From Armatimonadota bacterium (GTDB lineage Bacteria; Armatimonadota; HRBIN16), in assembly GCA_963677485.1 (NCBI GenBank), contig OY781964.1, forward strand, positions 2,688,001 through 2,752,000: a DNA stretch of 64,000 nt, written 5' to 3'. This document shows, in pieces, positions 10,301-20,172 of this stretch (the stretch's first letter is position 1; the number at the start of each line of letters is the position of its first letter). The translations under genes and the position numbers were made by a program. The notes below the pieces were generated by a model that saw only the letters and a program-made list of their open reading frames with translations, was not told where the DNA came from and did no database searches.

Positions 10301-13055
10301 GCTCAAATGGCACCCCTCCATTTTCAAGGGCCTCATTACCGGTCTTTGCCACTCGCTCAAGCAATGAGCTGAAGCTATCGTCTTCTAAAACACTCGCTCG
10401 CATCACCAACGTGTTGATAAAGAAGCCGATGGTCTTCTCTATCTCGGCGCACTCCCTGTTGGCACAGAATGTGCCCACGGAGATATCTCTCTCACCGCTG
10501 AGCCGGTGCAGCATGTAGAAAAGAGTGGACAGTAGTAATGAGAATACGGAGCTGTTGCGTGCGGCCGCCAGTTCTCTCAGGCGACTGTAGAGTGCGCTGG
10601 GTATCGTCAAATGTATGTTGCCGGCAGTCTCACTGGCAAGGGCAGGACGGGCGTAATCCGTTGGCAAAGGCAGCAAAGATGGCACACCCTCGAGCTGTCG
10701 GTTCCAGTATTGCCGTTGGGTCTGCCAAACTTCCTGTGCTTCAGGAAGCTGCTGCCACAGACTGTAGTCGATATAACTTCTCATCGGTGTGGTAGCTTCC
10801 GCCAGTTCATCACTGTAGAGCTTGTTTAGGTCATGTATCAACAACCCCATGCTCCATCCGTCAGAGATGATATGGTGCATGATGATCATAAACAGACATT
10901 CGTTTGGTGCGACATTGATGACGAATGTGCGGAGAAGATGGGCGACACCAAGGTAGAACGGCTCTAGAACAAGCGAATGTGCGATTTCATGAGCATGCTC
11001 CCAGTTGTCCGCTTGATATTGCTGCATCGACACCTCAGCATCAGGCACAACCTCTTGCACGACGGTGTCGTTCTGCATGACGAACTGGGTGCGTAGCGAG
11101 GGCTGCGCCTTTACCACGGCGTTTACTGCACGCTGCATCTTTGCTGGATCAAATGGACCAGTGATATCCCATGCGAACACGATGTGGAACGCTGGGTTTT
11201 CTGGGCTCAATTGGCATAGGAACCATTCGCGTTGCTGGGAGTGGCTCAAAGGTGCCACAGTCTGGTTCTTGGCCACGGGTATGGCAGGCAAGCTGCTCAG
11301 CATATGCCGGTTTCGTAAGTCATCTGCCAATCCACGCACCGTGGGGTGGCTCAGTATCTGCATCAGTTTGACATCGATGTCAAGGATCACAGATAGTCTG
11401 TGCGCCAAAGTGGCCGCTAGAAGGGAGTTCCCACCCATGGCAAAGAAGTTATGGTCTATACCAATCGGAACCCCACCTAACAACTCTGTGTAGACATCAA
11501 GGATACCGGCTTCCCATGGGTCCCTCGCGGCAACGATCGTCTGCGATACCATATCGCTTGCTTCAGGAAGAGGCAGTGCGGGGTGATCGACTTTGCCATT
11601 TTGGGTCATGGGCATGCGTTCAAGCACCACATAATACAAGGGCTGCATGACCGGCGGTAAGGCTTTAGCACACAAGTTGCGGCACTCCTGCCTTATAAGT
11701 TCGGCATCGGCACCTGCGATCAAACATATGTATGATGCCAGGCGCTTAAATCCGTTCACCTCTACTGGTTTGACCACCACTTCGCGCACACAAGGCTGTT
11801 CTGCGATCACGGATCCGATCTCTCCGGATTCCATCCGTACGCCCATCAACTTGAACTGCCCGTCTGCGCGACCAACAAACTCGTAGTTTCCGTCAGGGAG
11901 CTGCTTTACAAGGTCACCAGAATGGTAGACCTTTGCATCAGGGTCAGTGCTGAAGGGATCTTTAATAAATCTTTCTGCCGTGAGCTCAGGACGCTTAAGA
12001 TACCCGTGTGACAGGCATATCCCCCCGATCAACAACTCGCCCGTCTCACCTTGACTGACCAGTGCGAGGTCATCATTCACGATGTAATGCGTGGTGTTTC
12101 GAATAGGTATTCCAATGGGGGCACGCCGGCCCGGATAGTCTTCGCTGTCATCTTCGCACACGGTGTAAAGCGTGCTGACCACTGTTGTTTCGGCCGGTCC
12201 GTAACCGTTGATGATTCTTAAGTGTGGTGAGAGACTCTCAATTTCGCGAAGGAAAGCCAGGGGGATGGGCTCCACTGCAACGAACAACTGCTTGAGTCTG
12301 CACTGCCCAGGATGGGCACGGCACCACTCCAGCAAATCTCCCACCATCATGGGTGGAATGTAACCAGCAGCGATACGGTGGTCGAACATCCATTGCACAA
12401 GAGCAGGGCCGTCGGCATGAATATCTGCAGGTACGAATTCCAGATGACCGGTACATTCAACAGCCTGGTAGATATCGTATATGCTGACATCCCAACTTAG
12501 GTTGCACCAGGACATGCACCGATCGCCCTGCTCTAGCGGGGCCCGGGCCTGGTATTCCTCCAGCATATTGACTACTGATGTCCAACGGCAGATAACGCCT
12601 TTGGGTTTACCTGTGGAACCAGATGTATATATGATATAGGTGCTGTCCTCTGGCACAACCACGGGGTCATCGCGTAACGTGCCCGTCCAGCTATCTGCAT
12701 TATCAAACTGCCAAACCGGGCCGCCTGAAAACTCCAGGTAGCATGCCACCTTGCTATGGGTGACTAGAAGGGCCGATTCGCTATCATCCAGCATAAACTG
12801 CAGACGAGAATCCTGGTGTTTTGGATCGAGCGGAAGGTAGGTAGCCCCAGCCCGCCTGACTGCGAGCATGGTGATGACCGCCTCGGCTGACCTTTCAATA
12901 CAGATCGCCACGCAGACACCGGGACGCACGCCAGCGGCCTGCATCGCATTGCTGAGTGCGATGACCAATGCCGCCGTTTCGTGGGCTTCGTATCTCTTAC
13001 TGTCCTGTACTAAAACACATTCTAAGTTGCGCTCTTGCCCATCGGTAAGCTTCAT
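7380..13055 (-). CDS. Dimodular non-ribosomal peptide synthetase (A-T-C-A-T-TE)
   Basis: Two A domains (YTSGSTG, YGPxE, GDL), T domains GGNSL and GGFSL, C domain HHIISDG, TE GWCYGG; GGAGG RBS before ATG at 13055. Confidence 0.93.
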   Translation of the reverse strand: MKLTDGQERNLECVLVQDSKRYEAHETAALVIALSNAMQAAGVRPGVCVAICIERSAEAVITMLAVRRAGATYLPLDPKHQDSRLQFMLDDSESALLVTHSKVACYLEFSGGPVWQFDNADSWTGTLRDDPVVVPEDSTYIIYTSGSTGKPKGVICRWTSVVNMLEEYQARAPLEQGDRCMSWCNLSWDVSIYDIYQAVECTGHLEFVPADIHADGPALVQWMFDHRIAAGYIPPMMVGDLLEWCRAHPGQCRLKQLFVAVEPIPLAFLREIESLSPHLRIINGYGPAETTVVSTLYTVCEDDSEDYPGRRAPIGIPIRNTTHYIVNDDLALVSQGETGELLIGGICLSHGYLKRPELTAERFIKDPFSTDPDAKVYHSGDLVKQLPDGNYEFVGRADGQFKLMGVRMESGEIGSVIAEQPCVREVVVKPVEVNGFKRLASYICLIAGADAELIRQECRNLCAKALPPVMQPLYYVVLERMPMTQNGKVDHPALPLPEASDMVSQTIVAARDPWEAGILDVYTELLGGVPIGIDHNFFAMGGNSLLAATLAHRLSVILDIDVKLMQILSHPTVRGLADDLRNRHMLSSLPAIPVAKNQTVAPLSHSQQREWFLCQLSPENPAFHIVFAWDITGPFDPAKMQRAVNAVVKAQPSLRTQFVMQNDTVVQEVVPDAEVSMQQYQADNWEHAHEIAHSLVLEPFYLGVAHLLRTFVINVAPNECLFMIIMHHIISDGWSMGLLIHDLNKLYSDELAEATTPMRSYIDYSLWQQLPEAQEVWQTQRQYWNRQLEGVPSLLPLPTDYARPALASETAGNIHLTIPSALYSRLRELAAARNSSVFSLLLSTLFYMLHRLSGERDISVGTFCANRECAEIEKTIGFFINTLVMRASVLEDDSFSSLLERVAKTGNEALENGGVPFEHVLNGAKVERSLSYSPIFQVMFVYQNVNQGVLDLPGIRSSWHYVGTERSLFDLTWWVSPRPDSIDLVLDYRKDIFDQSTAERWARMWIHALEQIADQPDELLDALPCHSVDEATTLQEFGKPTDADLPVELKAVPQLILERLSSEPEKAAIRWWDEIDHRSCEWSRAELSRYAYSVAATLKGKTLPVGVCVNRSPELVGCLLGVMLAGCPVVALDATYPDDRLQHIVTDSGMGCILYNQPTAELSRRLGEGLRLLDIDTELIDAEAASYSIDWEAPAVMIYTSGSTGTPRGVELSHRSLSHFVQRAMAGYGIMESDVVLQFSSPNFDASMEEIYPCLLAGGVLVLRTPETANDANELQRLLSEWQVTVLDLPTAYFSVAVASSAAPALPESVRMVIIGGEKALSSHVVSFIDRYPNVTLFNTYGPTECTVVCSMAVIDHALLEEHDGEAPIGRPCFGATAIVVEPSGRLAPFGTVGELWIGGEGVAIGYRNRPEMTEQRFVTSADGQRCYRTGDLVRWRNDGNLEYIGRADRQVKLHGYRVEPAEIEEACCQVQGVKQAVVIAQGDAANKQLVAYLAAEPDVSEMIVREYLDLKLPRYMVPAAIILMPELPMTPGGKLDSNALPDVKLTKEHQIVPPNNHLEEVLCEVWKQLFNTVVGIDDDFFELGGFSLMIMDMIVRASHYGVAITPAQVIRSGTIRRLADALSDIHREEILVKLADGTGTPLFIVHSTPGDVMGYAHLASIIGGSHPVYGLESLGLTHPDQAHNTVEQMAAVYIEKMKLVQPHGPYHISGWCYGGMVAVEMTIQLQDAGEQVGSLILIETPTLESCSSGIGLKLLRLCALLKLGPKGICNWYMGKIRWQQQVKSGEFERGFRLDIDSGILKNRALVSKLNLEAERKYRQSRHPGNLHLIYGDTLADGAIPDADWGWKSKEFKITNDVIPGTHETILKQPNVSKLAEVMLNYLPNKAESNG

Positions 13056-13173
13056 GGCGAAACCTCCAAGAATTGAAAGCTGTATATAATGACTATGATA
13101 CCATCGATTCTGGTCAGGCTGTAGTGGGCTGAATCGACATGTAGGTATCAATCTGTTTTATAAGGGAGCCATC

Positions 13174-13632
13174 ATGCGGAAATCGCCGATTCCGAACGCC
13201 AAATCACTGATGCTGACTGCCGTAGCTCTGGGTTTTTCGAACATAACATATGCTCTATTGGGCACATTCATACGCCTATCATCTGAGAAAAGGCAGGTCA
13301 AACCCTTACCTGTATGGACACCTGAAGCCATATATCTGATCTGTGGGATTATGTTAGTTGCGGCGGTGATGTTGTTTGGTAAACTGGCCGAGAAAAGCCG
13401 TCAAGCGCTTGCTGAAGGTGATACCACGCACCAGGGGATGATGCAGGCTCTTACGTTTTCCAATGTGATGATTGAGGTTCCTGGCATTCTGTCACTTGTG
13501 TACATGCTAATGGGTCACTCCATCACTCCTCTTTATGTCACCACTGTGTTGTGTGCTCTCACCTCGTTTGGTGCCATTGTGCCCAAAGTGGCTGCATATG
13601 TTAAAGAATCGGACATGAATTCGGGTAACTAA
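13174..13632 (+). CDS. Hypothetical 4-TM membrane protein (paralog 1)
   Basis: AAGGGAG RBS; hydrophobic segments; similar to the next ORF (GHxxxPLYV...IVPxxxxYVK). Confidence 0.7.
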   Translation: MRKSPIPNAKSLMLTAVALGFSNITYALLGTFIRLSSEKRQVKPLPVWTPEAIYLICGIMLVAAVMLFGKLAEKSRQALAEGDTTHQGMMQALTFSNVMIEVPGILSLVYMLMGHSITPLYVTTVLCALTSFGAIVPKVAAYVKESDMNSGN

Positions 13633-13664
13633 TACGTCAGGGCCAATCGATAGGAGATTACCGT

Positions 13665-14114
13665 ATGCCTTTAGTCAGAGTGAAGAGGAACCTGTTGCTG
13701 ATCGCGCTGGTGCTGGGTCTTGCCCATGCGATATACCTCGGGGCTGGGTTGGTCATTGGGAGATACAACCTGGAAGAGACCCTTATGCCAAGTGGGGTAG
13801 ATATTGCGCTTTATATCATGATCGTGCTTTTTATACCAATTACGATCTCAATTCTGAAAATTAAAACTGCTTCAGCGTTGGATTACGTAAAAAACGGTGG
13901 AGAAGGCCATGATAATATGGCACGAGCGGTCATCTATTCCGGTGTAGTAGGTCAGTTTCCTACCCTGGTATGCCTTCTGTCGGTGATGGCAGGGCACACT
14001 CCAGACCCACTGTATGTATCAGTGACCATCGGTTCGGTTGTGACACTGTTAGAAATTGTGCCTGAGATTGAACACTATGTTAAAGACGTATACGGTTTAT
14101 TGCCGCCCGCGTGA
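13665..14114 (+). CDS. Hypothetical 4-TM membrane protein (paralog 2)
   Basis: AGGAG RBS; same layout and C-terminal motif as 13174-13632. Confidence 0.7.
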   Translation: MPLVRVKRNLLLIALVLGLAHAIYLGAGLVIGRYNLEETLMPSGVDIALYIMIVLFIPITISILKIKTASALDYVKNGGEGHDNMARAVIYSGVVGQFPTLVCLLSVMAGHTPDPLYVSVTIGSVVTLLEIVPEIEHYVKDVYGLLPPA

Positions 14115-14629
14115 TTGGTTCTCATCATGCGCTTCAGCTCTTCATCCGCTGCATGATCAATCACACGTCTTCCATCGCTGAGAGTACGCATCGGGTTGGC
14201 TCCACACATCAGTAGCATCTGAACCATCCTGGGTTGTCCTGTCTGTGCTGCGAATACCAGCGCAGTATCCCCCTGTTTTGTGGGTAAATCGACAGGGCAT
14301 CCATTGGCCACAAGTAGCTCTACCGTATTGATATGCCCCTGCATCACAGCTAGATGGATCGGGCATCGGCCCTTATGTGATAGTCCAGTAATTTCAGCAC
14401 CCAAACTTATCATCAGTTTGGCAGTCTCTATATCACCGTTATTACATGCGGCGTGTAGAGCGGTCCATCCATTTTCGTCAGATGAATTCAATAGCCAACG
14501 ATCTGCCTTGATCATTGTTGACAGCATAACGATATTTCGTTGAGCAACAGCCTGTTGGAAATTACGAAGGCGTTTGCGTCGAAAAAAAAGAAACAACTCT
14601 ATTTCCTTCCTTGCACTCATTAAGGACAT
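14075..14629 (-). CDS. Ankyrin repeat protein
   Basis: Repeats GWTALHAA, GRCPIHLA and GDTALVFAA; exact start uncertain. Confidence 0.85.
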   Translation of the reverse strand: MSLMSARKEIELFLFFRRKRLRNFQQAVAQRNIVMLSTMIKADRWLLNSSDENGWTALHAACNNGDIETAKLMISLGAEITGLSHKGRCPIHLAVMQGHINTVELLVANGCPVDLPTKQGDTALVFAAQTGQPRMVQMLLMCGANPMRTLSDGRRVIDHAADEELKRMMRTNHAGGNKPYTSLT

Positions 14630-14940
14630 TCCAAAAATAAGAGGTATACCGACATATTAGTACCCTCTATTATATAGACGTGTCAAGTAGCCATTGCGCA
14701 CCCTTTTTCTTGATTATTTAGTAAAATGCACTGTGACATATTTAACAGGGTGGGACAAGGCGAGTTGATACAGGATACTTTAAGCGCAGGTAGCTGTGTA
14801 TCTACAATAGTGAAAGAGCACTACGGACTGGGCATTATGATGACTATGGCTGTAGACCACCTGACCAACGGCCAGAGGACCGAGAACCCGAGCAACTATG
14901 TCGTTTCCAACAGCTGCAGCGATTTAGAGGACCAAGCGGA

Positions 14941-16065
14941 ATGAGTGAAGCACCACCCCTGCGAATTTTGCTGCAGTGCCATGCCTTTCTGGCTTGCAAC
15001 CTTGGGTTAGCTAACCATCTCAGTGTCAATCACACGGTTAAGCTTCGCACGGTCAAACATGAGCTTGTTCCATTTGGTGATGATTGGGGATGGCAGCTTA
15101 GCGACCGCGTGAACTGCCGAGTTTTACCCAATATCCGGCTGAGAAGTGCGGATTATTATGTTCAACGGATGAAGCTGCTGAGCGAGGCGAAGAGCTGCGA
15201 TATTATCCACAACCAGTACCTCACTGACCCAGTGATGAATCTGATGATGATGTGGTGGATGAGGCGAACCGACAGGCCGAGTATACTGACGGTCCATGAT
15301 CCAAAACCGCACAGCGGAGATGATTATCTTTTCAAAGGTAAGCCTATCAGGCGGGCGATTGTCAATAAGCTGATAAGTAGCCATCCAAACATCCTGAGCT
15401 ATAGCGAATATACGGCGCAGCTCATGAAAGAGACCTACCCTAACGCCGGTCGGGGTTACTCGGCCGCAGTGTGGCATGGCCCGATGGACTACCTTACCCG
15501 TTACCCGGATCTACCCACACCTGACGGCACTCCGACCGTGTTGTTGGCCGGACGGTTATCAAGATATAAAGGTACCGATGTGATGCTACAAGCATGGAAG
15601 CAGGTTTCTGTAAAGCACCCAAACGCCAGATTGGTAATAGTAGGCACAGGCCTCGAATCCGCGTCTATTCATACACAGCAGGAGACACTGTCCAACGTGC
15701 AGTTTGTGAACAGATATGTGACTAACCGTGAACTGGCGGAATACTTCGCCCAGAGTCATCTGGTGGTGATGCCGTATCTGGATGCCACACAATCAGGGAT
15801 CCAAGCCACAGCCATCGCTTTTGAAAAACCGGTGGTCGCCAGCCGCGTGGGGGCTATACCCGAAATGCTTGACGAGGGTGAGTCCGGGCTGCTGGTACCC
15901 CCAGGTGACGCCGATGCTCTGGCGGCAGTAATATCTGCCTGCCTGGTGGATGGTGATCTATTGAATCATCTGCAGCAAGGTGCAGCCCGGCTGCATCGCG
16001 GTCGACTGGCATGGCCGCTGCTGTGCAGTCAGATCGAGGGGCACTACAGGGCGTTATTGAAGTAG
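14941..16065 (+). CDS. Glycosyltransferase family 4
   Basis: TVHDPKPH, GRLSRYKG, MPYLDATQSG, PVVASRVGAIPE and GLLVPPGD motifs. Confidence 0.9.
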   Translation: MSEAPPLRILLQCHAFLACNLGLANHLSVNHTVKLRTVKHELVPFGDDWGWQLSDRVNCRVLPNIRLRSADYYVQRMKLLSEAKSCDIIHNQYLTDPVMNLMMMWWMRRTDRPSILTVHDPKPHSGDDYLFKGKPIRRAIVNKLISSHPNILSYSEYTAQLMKETYPNAGRGYSAAVWHGPMDYLTRYPDLPTPDGTPTVLLAGRLSRYKGTDVMLQAWKQVSVKHPNARLVIVGTGLESASIHTQQETLSNVQFVNRYVTNRELAEYFAQSHLVVMPYLDATQSGIQATAIAFEKPVVASRVGAIPEMLDEGESGLLVPPGDADALAAVISACLVDGDLLNHLQQGAARLHRGRLAWPLLCSQIEGHYRALLK

Positions 16066-16119
16066 CAGGGTGCATTGCAGAACTTTGTTATTGTTAACCG
16101 TATGAATTGGCTGTTTCTG

Positions 16120-16150
16120 AGCCCGGCGCGGAAGAAAACCGCGCCGGGCT
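16120..16150. terminator. Hairpin between convergent genes (probable terminator)
   Basis: AGCCCGGCGCGG-loop-CCGCGCCGGGCT, 12-bp stem. Confidence 0.6.
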
Positions 16151-16166
16151 TGTGTTATATTCGCCG

Positions 16167-17285
16167 CTATTCGCCCAGGAACACGCTCTTGATCGCCTCC
16201 AGGTAGCCGTAGCCGTAGAGGTCGTCCGGCTCCAGATAGCTGGTCTCTGTCCACTCGTTCCAACTGTTGATGGTGATCAGTGGTGCCTGGTCGGGATGGG
16301 CATCGACATACACTTTAGCCTGCGCCATCGCCTTGCGGATGTTCTCCGGGGTGTTGTTTTTCACGATCCCGCCGCGGAACTCCTTGAACCTGGGGTTGTT
16401 GTCCCAGCCTACGGAGATATGCGGGAAGTAGGGGATCTTGTAGCTCGCTTCGATACGGGCCCATTCTTTGAGCACATCGACCATGATCTCGTTGTAGTCG
16501 CGGTCGATGTTTGCGAAGTGGCAGAACTGGTAGTGGGACATGCTGTCGAACTCCAGCTTCTCCACCATCTCGCCGGTGGTGGCTGTGATGCCGCCATCGA
16601 CGCCGCTCAGGTTGAAGTTCAGCTCACTCCACATCGTAAGCTGCAGGTGCAGGCCGGGCAGACCCGCCTTCACAGCCTGTTCGCGGAACCAATCGAAGGC
16701 GTCCTTCGTGGCGTCTGCTCCGCCCAGACCGCGCATCAGGTTCGCCAGGTCGTAGATCATGAACACCGGCTTGCCGTCGATGGTGTAGTAGTTGGGCAGC
16801 TTGAAGTATTTGTCGATCAAGCGCAGCGCGATGGTCTCGAAATCATCGCGGGTGACCGCGCCATCCCACACCCATGAGTCCTGAATGTGCGCCTGGCGGA
16901 TGTCCCAGGTGTAGTTCACGCTGTGGTTGGCCCACATCAAGTAAAACTTCACCTTGTCGTTGTTGCGCGCCTTCAGGTAGCCGTCGTTCAGGCAGTTCTC
17001 CAGGAAAGGACGGCGGTCATACCAGTACCAGTCGTAGATGAACACATTTACGCCGTGCGTGGCGGCGGCTTCGATTTCCATCTCCATCACGTAGGGGTCG
17101 GCCTCGTTCACGTATCCCCAGAGCGGTTTTCGGGGCCAGTTGTGGCCTGGGAACTTGGAGACGGAGTTCTTCACGGACTGCCACTCGCCCATACCCTCCG
17201 GCCAGAACATGCGGGTGCGCATCTCATCGCCGGTATAGGATGGCCATATGTAAGCGGCCACGTCATATTTCTGTTGGTTTGCCAT
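16167..17285 (-). CDS. Glycoside hydrolase family 99-like (WbsX-like) protein
   Basis: PLWGY, FIYDWYWY, LMWANH, GWDNNPR and NSWNEWTExxYLEPD motifs. Confidence 0.85.
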   Translation of the reverse strand: MANQQKYDVAAYIWPSYTGDEMRTRMFWPEGMGEWQSVKNSVSKFPGHNWPRKPLWGYVNEADPYVMEMEIEAAATHGVNVFIYDWYWYDRRPFLENCLNDGYLKARNNDKVKFYLMWANHSVNYTWDIRQAHIQDSWVWDGAVTRDDFETIALRLIDKYFKLPNYYTIDGKPVFMIYDLANLMRGLGGADATKDAFDWFREQAVKAGLPGLHLQLTMWSELNFNLSGVDGGITATTGEMVEKLEFDSMSHYQFCHFANIDRDYNEIMVDVLKEWARIEASYKIPYFPHISVGWDNNPRFKEFRGGIVKNNTPENIRKAMAQAKVYVDAHPDQAPLITINSWNEWTETSYLEPDDLYGYGYLEAIKSVFLGE

Positions 17286-17551
17286 ATTGCTCCTCGATGT
17301 CTGTTAGTTTGGATATCTCTGGGTGATTTTACCACAGATGGGGGGATGGTGGAGGGAGCAAAGGAGTCAGAAGCCAGGAGACAGAATGGGAACGATACTG
17401 CTCACTTGTCTTACTCATCCTACCTGTCCCGTTTGGATACAAATCCACCACGAATGCACACAAATGAACACGAAGAGGCAGCCTTGACATCGAGATCGTT
17501 TCCTCGTAACCTGAAGACTAGCCATCAAGGTTTACCGAGACGTGCCAGGAG

Positions 17552-17917
17552 ATGAAAATGAGCTATCGACCGTCGATGCGTCCCTACTATTACATATATA
17601 AAGTGCTGCAGATTTTAGCGTACTTGGTGCTCACAGTCGTCTACTCGATGTGGGGTGCTGATACACAATTTGTGTGGGTTGTGCTGCTGCTGTTACCAAC
17701 CATTGTGACCACCATCGTCTCGATCTGGCTGCCACGTCCCACCCGGCTGCTGGTCAGTGCCGTGTATGCGTTCGTGCTGCTCTATATGTTGGCGGCATAC
17801 CAGTTTGTCCCATCAATCACATTCATGTCAGAACTGACAGTCGTCGGCGTGCCTGTGCTGATTGAGGGTGCTCTGGCTGTGAAGTGCCTACGCGAGATGC
17901 GCAGATCTGCGCAATGA
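17552..17917 (+). CDS. Hypothetical membrane protein
   Basis: AGGAG RBS; four hydrophobic segments; hairpin at 17970-17999 downstream. Confidence 0.6.
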   Translation: MKMSYRPSMRPYYYIYKVLQILAYLVLTVVYSMWGADTQFVWVVLLLLPTIVTTIVSIWLPRPTRLLVSAVYAFVLLYMLAAYQFVPSITFMSELTVVGVPVLIEGALAVKCLREMRRSAQ

Positions 17918-18022
17918 GCCCTTCACGCCGCCAACACCAGGCCAAATCGTCGTAATATGATCACTGCAGCAGAATGACCCAGGTGAGTGGGTCATTCTGT
18001 CCATGCGTGCTAATTCGAAGAC

Positions 18023-19672
18023 CTACTTCTGCCCACCTGCCTGCGTAGAATCATAGGCCATGAACTCAGTGATCGAGGGGACGCCGCTTTCGGTGGAGTT
18101 GATGTAGAGGCGCACTTTAGAGGTAGTGATTCGCCATGTGGGCATGTAGCGCTTGCTTCCCATGGGGCTCCAACTGGTGAATATGTCCTTCCAGCTTGAG
18201 CCGGTCCAATACTGCAGAACGAAGTTATTGATGGATGAGCCGCTGACCTGTTCCACAACAAAGGTGTCCAGGCTGACGGGTTTGGCAAAACTCAGCTGCA
18301 CCCACTCCTTAGAGGTCGATGCACCGGACCAGGCTGTGGTCCCATCGCTGTCGTTCAGCTGCTTTGCGTCACCGCTTTTCGAAGAAGCTGAGGCTTTCGC
18401 CAGCAGAGCTTCGTTCTTGCCGAGTGGCTCGTTCTCTAAGATAGCTTCGACATTCCCGGTTCGAATCAAACCAGGGCTGCGGCTGCCGGCGATGGCTGGC
18501 AGGCCCGGGCGGTAGTAAATCCTGTTGTTCGCCAATGTTCCGGTGTGTTTGTCACCGCTCACCAGAAGGACCTGGTTGTAGTTGCCCATATCCGTTTGCA
18601 AAGCATTGTTGTAGAAGACATTATCGTGCATAGACAGGTTGGTGTTCGGTGCATTCCCGCCCGCACCGCTGTATATCATGGAAGCGGGTCCCGCAGTGTC
18701 GTGGAACAGATTGTAACGCATGGTCACGTTGTGACAGCCGGCCTCAAAGTCGAAATCTTCGCCATCTACCGTGTTGGGCTGGCGCTGGGTTTCCCCGAAC
18801 TCGTTGTATTCCACCACCCAGTCGCTGCCGCTCGATCCTATCGCGGAAACGCCACACCAGACGTGCTGGTCGCAGTTATGCATGAACTTGTTGCCGCGGA
18901 TCAAACCGCCGCCTGTGGCCACATACCACATTCCCGTCCATTCCATATGCATGAACATATTATCAGTGACATTACATGGGGTGCTGACGGTTGCCCCGAC
19001 GAAGTTGTCCTCGAATGTGCATTTGGTGATGGTCGCCATACCGGTAAGGGGACCCGTCAAAAGTACGCCTGCCTGCTGACTATTCTGATCGCCAGCGGTT
19101 CTAGGAAAGGGGCCACCATGCTTGCAGCCATGCATATACAGGTTTTCCAACCATAGGTAGGAGTGGCCAGGATCGGCAATACGGGCAAAAACCCCATACC
19201 GAGCATTGGTCAATTCCAGGTTCGTGATCTTCCAGCCATATGCATTGCCATCAAGGTTGACACAACGCCGGTCCGCTGAGAGTGTTGAATCCTGCCGGTC
19301 AATGATGGGACGAGCTCCGGTTCCATAGGAGCTGACCCGAGCTGGTGATTTTGCGCTCCCGTGACCTTTCAGATACAGACCATCATGCCAGATATCGCCG
19401 CACTTCAGCAGCAACTGGTCCCCGGCTTGGTATGTGAGCATCGAGGCCTTTGTCAGGCTCTTCCAGGGCCCATGTTTACCGTCCCACTTCGCGGCACGGC
19501 CGTCGTGGTTGTCGTTCCCTGAGGACTGACTGACATAGTAGATAGTTTTCGCGGCAGCGATCCGACCAGCCGGCTTCGGCGTGACCGCGGATTTAGTTTC
19601 ACCGGCCCGCAGGCACGATGATATCAGCACGCACATGGCCACGGCAAGCATCCTGAAGTAAATAGACTCCAT
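18023..19672 (-). CDS. Secreted right-handed beta-helix protein with C-terminal F5/8 type C (discoidin/CBM32) domain
   Basis: Signal peptide; YYVSQSSGNDxxDG..GPWKSL; VSSYGTGARP; DGEDFD; C-terminal ASASS..DG..TAW..WVQL..LQYW..VRLYI. Confidence 0.8.
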   Translation of the reverse strand: MESIYFRMLAVAMCVLISSCLRAGETKSAVTPKPAGRIAAAKTIYYVSQSSGNDNHDGRAAKWDGKHGPWKSLTKASMLTYQAGDQLLLKCGDIWHDGLYLKGHGSAKSPARVSSYGTGARPIIDRQDSTLSADRRCVNLDGNAYGWKITNLELTNARYGVFARIADPGHSYLWLENLYMHGCKHGGPFPRTAGDQNSQQAGVLLTGPLTGMATITKCTFEDNFVGATVSTPCNVTDNMFMHMEWTGMWYVATGGGLIRGNKFMHNCDQHVWCGVSAIGSSGSDWVVEYNEFGETQRQPNTVDGEDFDFEAGCHNVTMRYNLFHDTAGPASMIYSGAGGNAPNTNLSMHDNVFYNNALQTDMGNYNQVLLVSGDKHTGTLANNRIYYRPGLPAIAGSRSPGLIRTGNVEAILENEPLGKNEALLAKASASSKSGDAKQLNDSDGTTAWSGASTSKEWVQLSFAKPVSLDTFVVEQVSGSSINNFVLQYWTGSSWKDIFTSWSPMGSKRYMPTWRITTSKVRLYINSTESGVPSITEFMAYDSTQAGGQK

Positions 19673-20172
19673 TATCAATTCCGACCTTTCAGTTGGTTCC
19701 GTCTGGAAAGTGGTGTAACTGCCATCTTCCCTGGTATGGATGGTTGTTGGATTGTTGTTTAGCGAACATCACTGTTCCTGTTCTGCTATCAATTGTTTGT
19801 ACCATTTTATCCTCGGGTTGCGTGCTTTTGTGTGGAGTGAACCGCAACATGCCTATATCAACACGACTTCTACGATGGTACTCTGACATAATAGACGTAA
19901 AAATCGCATCGACCGATTACCAGCAACCGCAAAACACAAACTCCACCGTTCCTTCAGGCTCTCCGGCGATGATCTATTACGATGCTGCAGCACCGCTGCG
20001 TCGGTGAAAGTGCTATTCGCGTCTGGTGATATGGACGGCGTTGTGTGGAGTGGTGTTTCCGAAATAGTGATTTGGCTGATAACCTGACAACTGCGAGGGG
20101 GATGAAACTGGGGCACGGCCTCCGTGCCCCTCGCATCCGCTCCGGCTGGGAGGTGCCGGAGCGTGTCGGTCA

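Noticed and set aside
14726-14944. 72-aa ORF upstream of the glycosyltransferase
   Set aside because: No RBS or recognisable motif; cannot be supported.
19680-20170. Riboswitch or small gene in the long intergenic region
   Set aside because: No known aptamer motif or convincing ORF recognised by eye.
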